Source: Dehalococcoidia bacterium
Lineage (GTDB): Bacteria; Chloroflexota; Dehalococcoidia; GIF9; UBA5629
Assembly (NCBI GenBank): GCA_050011565.1
Contig: JBEKIW010000003.1
Location: forward strand, 224,001-288,000
Reading direction: 5' to 3'
Length of the DNA: 64,000 bases
A model generated the notes under the pieces. It did no database searches. It was given only the letters and a program-made list of their open reading frames with translations, and had not been told where the DNA came from. The stretch's first letter is position 1, and every line of letters begins with the position of its first letter. The translations under genes and the position numbers were made by a program. Shown one piece after another: positions 17,621 to 27,889 of the stretch.

Positions 17621-18960
17621 CAGGCCTCAATTCTGGCTGCTATCTCTTTTTCGTAGCCCTGGTCACTTGGCGAATAGTATCGCTTCCCCTGAAGCATGTC
17701 CGGCAGATTCTGCTGTTCTACAAAGTGGCCCGGGTAATCGTGGGCATATTTGTAACCTTTTCCATAGCCGCTATCTTGCATCAACTTGGTAACCGGATTG
17801 CGCAGATGAAGCGGCACCGGCTCATTTCGACTCCGTTCAACGTCATGCTGCACCTTAGAGTAGGCTTCGTACAGAGAATTACTTTTCGGCGCTGTAGCCA
17901 AATAGGTTACGGCTTCAGCCAGAGCCAGATTGCCTTCAGGCATGCCGATAAAGTGGACGGCCTGTTGCGCTGCCACTGCTACCACCAATGCCTGAGGGTC
18001 AGCCATACCCACATCCTCGGAGGCGAAGCGTAGCAGTCGCCGGACAATATATAGAGGGTCTTCGCCCGCCTCCAGCATTCGCCCCAGCCAATATAAGGCT
18101 GCATCCGCGTCGGAACCACGCAGCGACTTATGAAGCGCCGAGATCAGGTCGTAATGCTGGTCGCCAGCCTTGTCATAAAGCAAAGCTCGATGCTGCAGTG
18201 CTTCCTCAATGGTTTTGAGGTTAAGCCGCCTATGTCCGTCAGCATCGGGCGCAGTGGCCTGTGTGGCCATCTCCAAAGCATTCAGAGCCACTCTGGCATC
18301 TCCGTTCGACATGACGACCAGGTGCGCCAAAGCATCTTCGTCAAGCCCTACATTGAACTTGCCTAACCCCCTGTCCTCATCTTTAATAGCTCGCTCAACG
18401 ATAAGACGGACCTCAGCATCACTCAAGGAATTCAGACTAAACACCCGGCATCTGGAAAGCAGCGCTGAGATAACTTCAAAGGAAGGATTTTCTGTAGTGG
18501 CGCCGATGAGAATTACTACACCGTTTTCCACATACGGCAATATGACGTCTTGCTGAGTCTTATTAAATCGGTGAATTTCATCAATAAACAGGATAGTACG
18601 CTGTCCGGTAAGCCTGCGTCTACGCCTGGCCTCATTCACAATGCGCCGTAAATCCGCGACTCCGGCATTGACGGCACTTAGAGGGCTGAAATGCGATTTG
18701 GTAACGTTAGCGATAACGTAGCCTAAAGTTGTCTTGCCGCTGCCTGGTGGCCCCCAGAGAATCATCGAAGGTAACTGGTCTGCTTCGATGGATTTTCTCA
18801 GCACCCGCCCTTTGCCCACAATATGTTCTTGCCCCACAAACTCATCGAAATTATGTGGGCGCATTCTGGCGGCTAGAGGTAAATCACCGGGCAATTCACC
18901 GTATGCCCAAACATCCTTTTTCTCCTTCTCCTCCTGCCCAGTCAAATCGAAAAGAGTCAT
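17590..18960 (-). CDS. rarA: Replication-associated recombination protein A (AAA+)
   Basis: PLAARMRP, GPPGSGKTT, FIDEIHRF, GATTENPSF, ISALHKS, YKYAHD. Confidence 0.97.
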   Translation of the reverse strand: MTLFDLTGQEEKEKKDVWAYGELPGDLPLAARMRPHNFDEFVGQEHIVGKGRVLRKSIEADQLPSMILWGPPGSGKTTLGYVIANVTKSHFSPLSAVNAGVADLRRIVNEARRRRRLTGQRTILFIDEIHRFNKTQQDVILPYVENGVVILIGATTENPSFEVISALLSRCRVFSLNSLSDAEVRLIVERAIKDEDRGLGKFNVGLDEDALAHLVVMSNGDARVALNALEMATQATAPDADGHRRLNLKTIEEALQHRALLYDKAGDQHYDLISALHKSLRGSDADAALYWLGRMLEAGEDPLYIVRRLLRFASEDVGMADPQALVVAVAAQQAVHFIGMPEGNLALAEAVTYLATAPKSNSLYEAYSKVQHDVERSRNEPVPLHLRNPVTKLMQDSGYGKGYKYAHDYPGHFVEQQNLPDMLQGKRYYSPSDQGYEKEIAARIEAWWQGKRETKG

Positions 18961-18961
18961 G

Positions 18962-20071
18962 CTAATCCGTCTTCTTCTCCGCCTCCACCGCTGGGGCTAG
19001 CCTGGCTGCCCTGTCATAATAGCTTTTAATTCTGTCAACATAAATCAACTCCGAAACAAGCACTGTCACTTTGGTAAAATTCTTCGAGCCATAGAAATTA
19101 CCATCTCTTATTTCAGCATTGGGTGCCAGCTCTCGTAGGCGATTACCCAGAGCCTTAATCATGTCCACATTGGCTTTTCCGGCCGGTGCCGAAAGTAGAA
19201 ACAAACCCTTACCGGCATCTTCCAGCTTGCAGTCAACCGACAACCGCATTAAAGCCAAATCCATGGCTTCCATGACTCTGAACGTATCAGAGCTCTTCCC
19301 CTCGAACCCGGCAGTTCTTCTGAACGAAAATATAGAGGATTGGAACTGGGCCTTGCCGACACCTATTGCCGTCCAACCGAATAGACTTTGCATGATATCA
19401 CCGGCGTCGAGCACTTTCCCGGCAACATACTTCGAGCCGGCTATCTCGCCAGCGCAGAGCAGGTCATAGAAGGGCAAAACTAATTCCCTATTCAAGCCGC
19501 CCATCTTTTGCGGTTGGGCTATGTTCCCCAGCAGCCCCAAACCCCCGTTATCTGCTAGAAATACAGCATCAGCCACCTTGTCAATGGTCTTTAGACACAT
19601 AGCCGTATTGTGAATACGCTGCGCATCGTCCAGCTCAGAATCAAAGGGTAAAACTAGAAGCGCGTAAACCGGCTTATCGATATGGCGCTCTTTGAGCATC
19701 TGAATCATCACCGGAAGACCGCCGGAACCAAGGCTACCGGCAGCGCCGGCAATGAACAGAAAGGCATCAGTATTTATGAAAGCACCCAGCCTCATGGCTA
19801 ACATAACCCGCTCGCTTTCATGACGCATCAGCTTGGCTCCTGCTTCCGTCGACTTATCTCCCATCCCAAGAGAGCCGCGAATAGGTACTGCCTTCAGCCA
19901 GTCCCATCCCGATTTAGTCAGTTCAGCCAGAACAGCCGGCTCATTATTAACGGCATAGGCGCAGGTAACTATGTTAGCGTGCCATTCTGCTCTCGCCATT
20001 TTATTTAACTCAGCGAATTCGCGAGCCAGTCTACAGCCGCAGTCTCCAACGCCGATAACCATCAATTTCAT
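18962..20071 (-). CDS. Divergent CetZ-like tubulin/FtsZ-superfamily protein
   Basis: Clear paralogue of 12278..13459 (PFYDLLCAGEI, KVLDAGDIMQS, GWTAIGVG) with altered GDCG and GAAGSLGSG motifs. Confidence 0.85.
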   Translation of the reverse strand: MKLMVIGVGDCGCRLAREFAELNKMARAEWHANIVTCAYAVNNEPAVLAELTKSGWDWLKAVPIRGSLGMGDKSTEAGAKLMRHESERVMLAMRLGAFINTDAFLFIAGAAGSLGSGGLPVMIQMLKERHIDKPVYALLVLPFDSELDDAQRIHNTAMCLKTIDKVADAVFLADNGGLGLLGNIAQPQKMGGLNRELVLPFYDLLCAGEIAGSKYVAGKVLDAGDIMQSLFGWTAIGVGKAQFQSSIFSFRRTAGFEGKSSDTFRVMEAMDLALMRLSVDCKLEDAGKGLFLLSAPAGKANVDMIKALGNRLRELAPNAEIRDGNFYGSKNFTKVTVLVSELIYVDRIKSYYDRAARLAPAVEAEKKTD

Positions 20072-20118
20072 GTTATTTCTATCTCCTTGCCAAAAAGTAG
20101 CAGATATACACCGTTATG

Positions 20119-20634
20119 TCAAGCAAACCTTTCCACCCGGAAACGATACAATCTTATCGGCTCCCCGGCTGATATGCCGGCTTTAGCCCGGCAAATTTCC
20201 ATTTGTTCTTCAACTTTATCCACGCCTGCCAGGTCAGGCAACAACAGCCCGCGCCTGTAACCGCATTCTACAATCACACCATATTTCCGGGGGTCAAGCT
20301 GGTCAGTGCTTTGCACCGGCTCCGGTTCCGTAAGAATATCTACACTATATTCAAGGTCAACCAGCTCAGAGGTCTCCACCGGCATAAACCTTGGGTCCTG
20401 TGTAGCTGAGCTTATAGCATTGGCTACGATTTCCTCAGCTACGTTCGTCCTTGTTGGCATGAAAGTACCGATACAGCCCCTTAATTCACCGCGCTTCTTA
20501 ATAGATACAAAAACTCCTGCCCTCTGCTTCATCTCAGCGGTAAGCTTCCGCGGCTTGAATATCTTGCCCTGGCGGATATACCTTTCTACTGCTTTTCGAG
20601 CTAATTCAACTATCGCAGGACGTGGTTTAGTCAT
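20119..20634 (-). CDS. amrA: AMMECR1-domain protein (AmmeMemoRadiSam protein A)
   Basis: GVFVSI, LRGCIGT, DPRF, GLLLP. Confidence 0.93.
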   Translation of the reverse strand: MTKPRPAIVELARKAVERYIRQGKIFKPRKLTAEMKQRAGVFVSIKKRGELRGCIGTFMPTRTNVAEEIVANAISSATQDPRFMPVETSELVDLEYSVDILTEPEPVQSTDQLDPRKYGVIVECGYRRGLLLPDLAGVDKVEEQMEICRAKAGISAGEPIRLYRFRVERFA

Positions 20635-20653
20635 TTGACTGCATTCTCTCCGA

Positions 20654-21457
20654 TTACTTTATTAATATTCCGGCATAACCCACCACACTGCTGTAATCAC
20701 CCGATGCGTCGCCGCTGGTCTGATACTTAACCAATTCTGCTTTTTTAGCGCCCATTTCCTTGGCCGCAGAGATAAGGCTGACCACCGGTGCATAACCGCA
20801 CATTGATATATCAAAATCAGCAACTCGTCTCAATAACTCGTCCTCATCTAAATTCAATATAGCCTCAATCGCCTTACTGTCCTTCTTCCTGGCTGACTCC
20901 TGAGGCTCATAATGCGTCATGTCGCTGCTGGCCAGGATTGTGACTTGCTTCTTCGACTCTTTTATGGCGGCGGCTAATTCCTTACCGATTCTCTTATATA
21001 CATTCCCGCGAGCGTGAGCCAGAACTATGGGCACTATCCTAACATCTGGTTTGAAATACTGCAAAAAGGGCACCTGGACCTCAAGAGAGTGCTCAAATTG
21101 ATGCGCCATATGGTCTTCTTCCAAATAGCTCGAAGATGTTAAAATTCGCTGTCCCAGCTCCGAGTCAATCTCCGTCTCACCTAAAGGTGTTATCCACGTG
21201 CCTTTGGTCATGATACTAAAACTTTTTCCTCGCCCGGTGTGATTTGGGCCAAGCATGACAAAGGTATCATTGAATTTAATCTCAGATATGACTGCTCCGG
21301 CTACCATACCCGAGTAGACATATCCGGCATGAGGCGAAATCAGCCCGATTACCTCAACCTTCCCTGCCTTGTCGTCTACCATGCTCTCAATCATCGTCCT
21401 GAGCCCGTCCGATGAGCCCGGGTAGAACTGTCCGGCAGCAATCGGCTCTCTAATCAT
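20654..21457 (-). CDS. amrB: MEMO1-family protein (AmmeMemoRadiSam protein B)
   Basis: [41 protein letters not shown]. Confidence 0.95.
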   Translation of the reverse strand: MIREPIAAGQFYPGSSDGLRTMIESMVDDKAGKVEVIGLISPHAGYVYSGMVAGAVISEIKFNDTFVMLGPNHTGRGKSFSIMTKGTWITPLGETEIDSELGQRILTSSSYLEEDHMAHQFEHSLEVQVPFLQYFKPDVRIVPIVLAHARGNVYKRIGKELAAAIKESKKQVTILASSDMTHYEPQESARKKDSKAIEAILNLDEDELLRRVADFDISMCGYAPVVSLISAAKEMGAKKAELVKYQTSGDASGDYSSVVGYAGILIK

Positions 21458-22517
21458 GCACTCCTCCTCGTGATAGTAAAAACTGGCGAACCCAACCGGT
21501 CGTCTTGATATTAAGCTCAGACCCGCAAAACTTACACTTGGAACCGTCTACGCCAACTATGTCAACGTCATACCCCACCCGCTTAATCACCACGTTGCCG
21601 CAGCAGTAACAAACCGTGTTTTCCGCACTATGGCCGGGCACATTACCCAGATATACGAAACGCAGCCCAACTTTTTTGCCGATATTGTAAGCCTTTTCCA
21701 GGCTTGCTATCGATGTCGGCGGCAGATGCATCAGGTTGTATTGTGGATAGAATCGGGTCACATGCCACGGTGTCAGCTCACCCAGCTCATCGCGTATCCA
21801 GCCGGCGATACCGTTTAGCTGCTCGTCATCGTCATTCATCGTCGGAATAATATTAGTCACCACCTCGACATGCATTCCCCACTTTTTTTGAGCTCTCTTG
21901 GTAACGTCCAGTATGCCTCGCCACCGTGGAATTTTGGCTAAGTCACGATATAATTTGTCGGAAAAGCCCTTGATATCAACGCGCCAGGCATCAAGATAGG
22001 GGCCGATGGCATCCAGAGCTTCAGGTGTCAGGTAACCGTTGGTAACGTATCCCGTATAAAGGCCCTCTTTCTTGGCCAGTTTGGCTGAGTCCAGAGTATA
22101 TTCGAACCAGATGCTCGGCTCGTTATACGTCCAGGTAATACCGCCGCAGCCGCGCTGCTTAGCCAGCTTCACAGCCTCCTCCGGCGGCAAGTAACGTGAC
22201 TCATCTGACATCTCCGCCGGTGTCTCAATACAGGAAATCTGCCAGTTTTGACAATGTTTGCAGTGAAAATTACATCCCCAGGTGCCCAGGGATAAAGCTG
22301 AACTTCCCGGGAAAAAATGAAACAGGGGCTTTTTCTCAATAGGGTCAACAGCTACCGAGGAGGCTTGAGCGTAGTTGAGAACATGGAGAATACCGTCATC
22401 GTTTCGGCGCACCCGACAGACACCAAATTTGCCGGGGTTAATCACACAGCGCCATTGACAGATATTGCATCGTACCCTGGATTCAGAAAGCTTTTCATAA
22501 ATGAACACTTCAATCAT
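21450..22517 (-). CDS. amrS: AmmeMemoRadiSam radical SAM enzyme
   Basis: DPIEKKPLFHF, GCNFHCKHCQN, TYNEP, C-terminal Zn ribbon. Confidence 0.95.
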   Translation of the reverse strand: MIEVFIYEKLSESRVRCNICQWRCVINPGKFGVCRVRRNDDGILHVLNYAQASSVAVDPIEKKPLFHFFPGSSALSLGTWGCNFHCKHCQNWQISCIETPAEMSDESRYLPPEEAVKLAKQRGCGGITWTYNEPSIWFEYTLDSAKLAKKEGLYTGYVTNGYLTPEALDAIGPYLDAWRVDIKGFSDKLYRDLAKIPRWRGILDVTKRAQKKWGMHVEVVTNIIPTMNDDDEQLNGIAGWIRDELGELTPWHVTRFYPQYNLMHLPPTSIASLEKAYNIGKKVGLRFVYLGNVPGHSAENTVCYCCGNVVIKRVGYDVDIVGVDGSKCKFCGSELNIKTTGWVRQFLLSRGGVHD

Positions 22518-22688
22518 AGAACCGCCCCACGTACCAATTATATCATTTCAATACGACTATTATAATAGCATGCTTACACTCCACTTATTGCTGAAGGCTT
22601 GGTTAATATATGAAGGGTGGTTGCACCAACTAGACAATGCCTAAAACTTGGTCTACAATTTCTTAAGAAAAACCTGAAAGGTGTAGAC

Positions 22689-23855
22689 ATGATACTAGAA
22701 CTCAACGAAGCCCAAAAAATACTCCAGAAGAACGCCCGCGAATTTATGGAACGTGAAATAATACCCATTGCCGATGAATATGACCGCAAATATCATCCAA
22801 TGCCCAAAGATGTTGCCCTCGGCCTGCTCAAGAAACTACTCCCGCTGGGCTACGTGGGCTCGACTTTGCCCCCGGAGTACGGCGGCCAGAGTTTGGACCT
22901 CGTCTCATACGGTGTACTCGGAGAGGAACTCTCACGCGCCTACCTCAGCCTGGGCATGATTGTCCTGATACAGGATGGCAGTGTGCTCCCTGTAATAGTT
23001 GCCCACGGTACTCCTGAGCAAAAAGCCAGGTACATCCCCAAAATAATGTCGCTGGAAAAGATAACCTGCTTTTGCCTGACTGAGCCCGATGTCGGCTCCG
23101 GAGCCCGTGACTTGAGTACTTCAGCAACACTTGACGGAGACCATTATGTACTCAACGGTACCAAAACATGGATAACCAATGGCGGCATCGCCGACCTGGC
23201 ACTCGTTTTTGCCTCTACCGACCGGAGCAAGGGAGCCAGGGGTATTTCTTGTTTCCTTGTCGATAGGGATGAATCACCATTCACCAGCCGGGAACTACCT
23301 AAATTAGGCTGCCGCTCCTGCCCTACCTCAGAGCTTAGCTTCGATGACTGCCGTGTGCCTAAGGAAAACCTGATTGGCACGCCGGGCAGCGCCTACGTGC
23401 TGGCGCTTTCTGAGCTGGCTAAACTTCGAGTCGCCGTCGGAATAGGAGCCGTAGGTTTAGCTCAGGCTGCTCTCAATGCAGCCATCAAATACGCCCAGGA
23501 AAGAAAACAATTTGGCCGCCCTATCGGTAGCTTTCAGCTCGTCCAAGAAATGATTGCCGATATGGCTATACTGACCGATGCCGCCCGATTAATTTGCTTC
23601 AGAGCTTTGTATCTGATAGGTAAAGGCCAAACCCCGTTCAAGGAAGCGTCTATGGCCAAAGCCTACAGTACCGAAATGGCTGTTGAGGTAACATCCAAAG
23701 CCATCCAGGTCCACGGCGCCTACGGTATCTCCGAAGAATACCCCGTGGAGCGTTATTTCCGCGACGCTCGCACGCTTACTTTCCCTGATGGTGCTACACA
23801 AATACAGAAACTGGTCATCGGCCGTGAACTATTGGGCATTTCGGCCTTCGTCTAA
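22689..23855 (+). CDS. Acyl-CoA dehydrogenase
   Basis: FCLTEPDVGS, NGTKTWITNG, ERKQFGRPI, QVHGAYG. Confidence 0.95.
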   Translation: MILELNEAQKILQKNAREFMEREIIPIADEYDRKYHPMPKDVALGLLKKLLPLGYVGSTLPPEYGGQSLDLVSYGVLGEELSRAYLSLGMIVLIQDGSVLPVIVAHGTPEQKARYIPKIMSLEKITCFCLTEPDVGSGARDLSTSATLDGDHYVLNGTKTWITNGGIADLALVFASTDRSKGARGISCFLVDRDESPFTSRELPKLGCRSCPTSELSFDDCRVPKENLIGTPGSAYVLALSELAKLRVAVGIGAVGLAQAALNAAIKYAQERKQFGRPIGSFQLVQEMIADMAILTDAARLICFRALYLIGKGQTPFKEASMAKAYSTEMAVEVTSKAIQVHGAYGISEEYPVERYFRDARTLTFPDGATQIQKLVIGRELLGISAFV

Positions 23856-23870
23856 GGCCCTATAAAAACC

Positions 23871-24464
23871 ATGCTCGTCATTGGCCTAACCGGGAACTTA
23901 GGCACCGGCAAGACCGAAGTAGCTCAGATTCTTGCCGAACTCGGCGCTGTAGTAATAAACGCCGATGAGCTTGGGCATGAACTCCTCCAACTGAGTACCC
24001 GGGCATATACGGAAATAGTGGCTGCTTTTGGCAAATCTATACTCAAACATAATGGAGAAATAGACCGTAAAAAACTGGGCCAGCTGGTCTTTGATGACCC
24101 CGCAGCATTGAACAAACTTAACCGGATAATGCACCCGCGGATATACGAGATAGTCAGGCAAAAAATAGAGGAATATCGCCAGTCAGGTGCCGGGGTTGTA
24201 GTCCTCGAAGCTGCTCTGCTTATCGAAGCCGGTTGGAAGCCGCTCCTAGACCAGGTCTGGGTTACCACAGCCCCCGAAGCCACCATATTAGAACGGCTGA
24301 AGAAGGCCAGAGGGCTTAGTCAAGAGCAGATCCTGGCTCGCCTCAAGGCTCAGATGCCGCAAAAAGAAAAGATGAAACAGGCAGACTTGGTCATAAACAC
24401 CGATTGCCCAATCGACGAACTTAGAGCCAGAATAACCGAATTATGGAACAAGCTCCAGGTCTGA
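23871..24464 (+). CDS. coaE: Dephospho-CoA kinase
   Basis: IGLTGNLGTGKT, IDRKKLG, HP, LLIE. Confidence 0.95.
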   Translation: MLVIGLTGNLGTGKTEVAQILAELGAVVINADELGHELLQLSTRAYTEIVAAFGKSILKHNGEIDRKKLGQLVFDDPAALNKLNRIMHPRIYEIVRQKIEEYRQSGAGVVVLEAALLIEAGWKPLLDQVWVTTAPEATILERLKKARGLSQEQILARLKAQMPQKEKMKQADLVINTDCPIDELRARITELWNKLQV

Positions 24465-24481
24465 AAAGACCCCAAGTTACA

Positions 24482-24925
24482 CTACCAGTTCCAGGCCAGC
24501 AGTAAGGCAAGGACAATCCCCAAAATAGCCCCGGCAGCAACCTCAAACTTGGTATGGCCTATTAGCTCTTTTACACGCTGCTGAAACGCCGGATTACCTT
24601 TAAAAAGCTCCTCCACGATGTGATTCAGCATCGTCGACTGGGTACTTACCGTCTGGCGCACTCCGGCAGCATCATACATCACCACCAGCGCAAAAAAAGC
24701 AGATATGGCGAAAACGGCCGAACCTACACCGTAAACTACAGCTACGGTCGTCGCCAGCGCACAGACCAGTGCAGCATGCGAGCTGGGCATGCCACCCATG
24801 GTAATCAGATAGGAAAAATTCAAATGCCTGTCTTTTATAGACTCAATAATAACCTTCAATATCTGAGCCACACACCAGGCAGCCGCAGGCACCCATAATG
24901 CTTTATTGCTTAAAACTGATTCCAA
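24482..24925 (-). CDS. Divergent PAP2 / DUF212 acid phosphatase-like membrane protein
   Basis: GGMPSSH, VMYDAAGVR, ELIGHT..EV. Confidence 0.92.
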   Translation of the reverse strand: MESVLSNKALWVPAAAWCVAQILKVIIESIKDRHLNFSYLITMGGMPSSHAALVCALATTVAVVYGVGSAVFAISAFFALVVMYDAAGVRQTVSTQSTMLNHIVEELFKGNPAFQQRVKELIGHTKFEVAAGAILGIVLALLLAWNW

Positions 24926-25171
24926 GATTTCTCCTTTTACGCGAGCTATCTGCTACTTAAGTTATCTTAAAGAGGTAAATTATACCACAGACGCAGCTGC
25001 TATACTTACGAATTGACCTCTCTGGTAAAAGCACAATTTATTAGTGCTTTTCTTCGGAGCAAAAGAGCCGTCTGAATATTTTTAGCCAAGAGGCGCAGAC
25101 CGGTGGAGCTCGACTAAATCAAGAGGATATCACGGAAAATAGAAGACCGTTTCATATGCGGCAGAGCGACT

Positions 25172-25864
25172 TTATTGAAGCGACTTATAGACTTCCAGGC
25201 TGCCTATATCGAACCACACATCACTGAACAGATAAGCATTGACCTGGTCTATTTCTACCAGATAAGAGATAAAGTTGCCCAGATTGTCCCCGCCCTCGGT
25301 ACAACATTGAAATACCAGTGGAAATATACGGGGCGGGAAAATATAGCAGGCAATGGCGACCAGGCTCGATTCAGGCTTCATCGGCTTCTCAACAAGCTCG
25401 ACTATCCTGTTACCTTCTAACCGGACGACGCCGAATTGCCCCGCCTTACTTTTATCACCGATATCATAAACAGCCACCAGAGTGTGTTCGCCCGTATAAG
25501 CAGCAATGAACTTACGCAGGTCGAACTCGAAGTAGTTATCGCTGGCTATGACCAGCAAATCATCGGTTATATTTTTAGTTTTAATCCAATAGTCCAGTGA
25601 GCCTACGGCACCAAAGGCCTGTTCCTCGGTTAAGACCGGCTCAACGCACAGGGTCACTACCCTGCCTATCTTATCTTTCCACTGGCGAAAATCAAGTTCG
25701 AATTTCCGGTTGATGTTAACCAGTATATCTATATCTTGAGGAATCTTATCGATAATGTGGCTTATTACTGGTTTACCGTTGTATTCGAGCAGCGCCTTCG
25801 CTTTACTTTTGGTCAGTGGATATAGCCTCGTCCCGAAGCCGCTAGCCAGTATCAAACATTTCAT
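25172..25864 (-). CDS. Sugar-phosphate nucleotidyltransferase
   Basis: ILASGFGTRLYPLT, EKP, WFDIG. Confidence 0.9.
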   Translation of the reverse strand: MKCLILASGFGTRLYPLTKSKAKALLEYNGKPVISHIIDKIPQDIDILVNINRKFELDFRQWKDKIGRVVTLCVEPVLTEEQAFGAVGSLDYWIKTKNITDDLLVIASDNYFEFDLRKFIAAYTGEHTLVAVYDIGDKSKAGQFGVVRLEGNRIVELVEKPMKPESSLVAIACYIFPPRIFPLVFQCCTEGGDNLGNFISYLVEIDQVNAYLFSDVWFDIGSLEVYKSLQ

Positions 25865-25902
25865 AAAACTGAGCTTCAACTAACAGAGGAGTTTAACCTG
25901 AT

Positions 25903-27051
25903 TTATTTGACGCCCGAGGCTTCACCGTAGATGCGCTCTTTCCAGCGCACACCCAGGCCAACCACTTCCCGCCAGAGACCGTATAGGCCGGCCGAGAACC
26001 AGAAGGAAAAACCTATCGGATGCAAGAAGGTCGAAAGAAGTGATTGCCTGAAATGATGTTCCACCAGCCAGCGCATAAAAATAATCATCCCTATCTGAAA
26101 AGTAACGATGAATCGCCAATCGGTGGGAGCCGCCACCGAAAAGAAGCCACTCCACAACCAGTAGAAAGGGGCTAAATAAAAAACGAAGGCAGCAGCTAGT
26201 AGCGCCACCACCGCCACCGGTGACAGTGCCGCTATGGAATATATCCACTTGACAAAACCCTCCCATATAGCCCCCACGGTCCGGTACATGCGACAAGAGA
26301 ATACTGTAGATAAATCGACGGCTACATGCCTCCCTCCCTGCCGGACCGTTTCAACTCCAAGCCAAACGTCCTCAAGTATCCTGTCTTTCACCGCCATGTG
26401 TCCGCCGATGCGCCAGTATTCCTCTCTGCGGAAAAGAAGAAACTGGCCGATAGTCAATGACGGCCTGTGCCCTACGGAGCGATGCAGCCACCATAAAGGC
26501 AGCCAGCTCATAATAACGAAATACATTATAGGCAAGGCTATCTTCTCAGGAAGAGATTCAGCCATCTGTCGAGGAAAACCGGAAAGCAGAGAAAGTTTAA
26601 GCTCAACGGCTAATGCCAACGTGCTGCGCATCATGTGTGGCTCACTTTTAGTATCGGCATCAAGAAACAGCAGCCAGGAACCTTTGGCATTTTCGGCAAG
26701 CTGGTAGCAGGCAAACGGCTTACCTGCCCAGCCCTCAGGAAGTGGTTGCCCTTTTAGCAGCCTGATACGGTCGTCTTTAGCTGCAATTCGTTCCACAATC
26801 CCAGCCGTGCGATCCTTCGAGTTATCGTCTAAAACTATAATCTCGAAGTTCGTATAGTCCTGTTTTTGTAGTGACTTCAGGCAGGTTTCTATATTTTCCT
26901 CTTCGTTCCGTGCTGGAATAAGCACCGAAACCAGAGGTGCTGGCCCGGCTATCCGGCTACTGCTGTCCGGTCTTCTCAGCGACCTCAAATTGAGTATCAG
27001 ATTAATGGAAAAGACAACCAGCAAGGCAGCAATTACTATTTGATATAACAT
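25903..27051 (-). CDS. Membrane glycosyltransferase family 2 (CrtQ/HpnI-like)
   Basis: VSVLIPARNEE, GWAGKPFAC, FLDAD, ED, WKER. Confidence 0.9.
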   Translation of the reverse strand: MLYQIVIAALLVVFSINLILNLRSLRRPDSSSRIAGPAPLVSVLIPARNEEENIETCLKSLQKQDYTNFEIIVLDDNSKDRTAGIVERIAAKDDRIRLLKGQPLPEGWAGKPFACYQLAENAKGSWLLFLDADTKSEPHMMRSTLALAVELKLSLLSGFPRQMAESLPEKIALPIMYFVIMSWLPLWWLHRSVGHRPSLTIGQFLLFRREEYWRIGGHMAVKDRILEDVWLGVETVRQGGRHVAVDLSTVFSCRMYRTVGAIWEGFVKWIYSIAALSPVAVVALLAAAFVFYLAPFYWLWSGFFSVAAPTDWRFIVTFQIGMIIFMRWLVEHHFRQSLLSTFLHPIGFSFWFSAGLYGLWREVVGLGVRWKERIYGEASGVK

Positions 27052-27064
27052 TTCCTAAATCCTG

Positions 27065-27703
27065 CTAGTGGCGGCTTATGTGCGCTGTTCTCCTGGCCTG
27101 AAACCAGGTAATCAGCTTCCCCCTTAATCTCGGCCTGGTAGTCCTTAGGTCTTCGAAATGCTTCACCGCCAGTATCCCTATAACACAAACAATAAACAGC
27201 GGCTCTAATGAAAACCCCTTTGTAACCAGTAAGTAAATCAACGTCGCCGTCATGGCAACCGTTACTCTCCAGGCATCAACATCAATTAAAAGGTATGCCA
27301 AAAACATGAATATAACAAGTGAGATAAACATCTCATGTTGCGGCATTGCCAGCAGTACACCTCCTGTTACCGCCAGCGCCTTGCCTCCATTGAAGCTCAA
27401 TATCGGTGTGAAAGCGTGACCCAATATGGCACTCAAGCCGACTGCCATCACCATTGCATCGGGCAGGCCGAAGTGATAATACGCCAAGGCTACAAAAGGT
27501 ACACCTTTTCCCATATCTAGAAATAAAACCAGAGCAAAAGTCCAGCGACCTCCGGCTCGCATAACATTATACGAACCCGGATTGCCGTCCCCATAGTTTC
27601 TTACGTCCTTGCCTAATAGCCACTTCCCGACCCACAATGCAAAAGGACAGGCACCAAGCCAAAAAGCCAGCACGAAAAGAAGCGCAAAATAGAAAATATC
27701 CAC
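27065..27703 (-). CDS. plsY: Glycerol-3-phosphate acyltransferase PlsY-like
   Basis: DVRNYGDGNPG, DMGKG, GHAF...GGKALA; multi-pass membrane protein. Confidence 0.82.
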   Translation of the reverse strand: MDIFYFALLFVLAFWLGACPFALWVGKWLLGKDVRNYGDGNPGSYNVMRAGGRWTFALVLFLDMGKGVPFVALAYYHFGLPDAMVMAVGLSAILGHAFTPILSFNGGKALAVTGGVLLAMPQHEMFISLVIFMFLAYLLIDVDAWRVTVAMTATLIYLLVTKGFSLEPLFIVCVIGILAVKHFEDLRTTRPRLRGKLITWFQARRTAHISRH

Positions 27704-27889
27704 TCTACAGATACCCTCTAAGTATGCCCCTCTGTACCTAGTAACACAAGGTACAGATTAAACGATAAACCCCGCTCTGTCAATAGGACGCCTTCATACG
27801 AAGGCTAAAATTGAACTCCTGCTAATGTCAATAGTATCATACAGGAAGTGCTTTTTCTACGGTGATAGCAAAAATTAACAATTGCGTAA

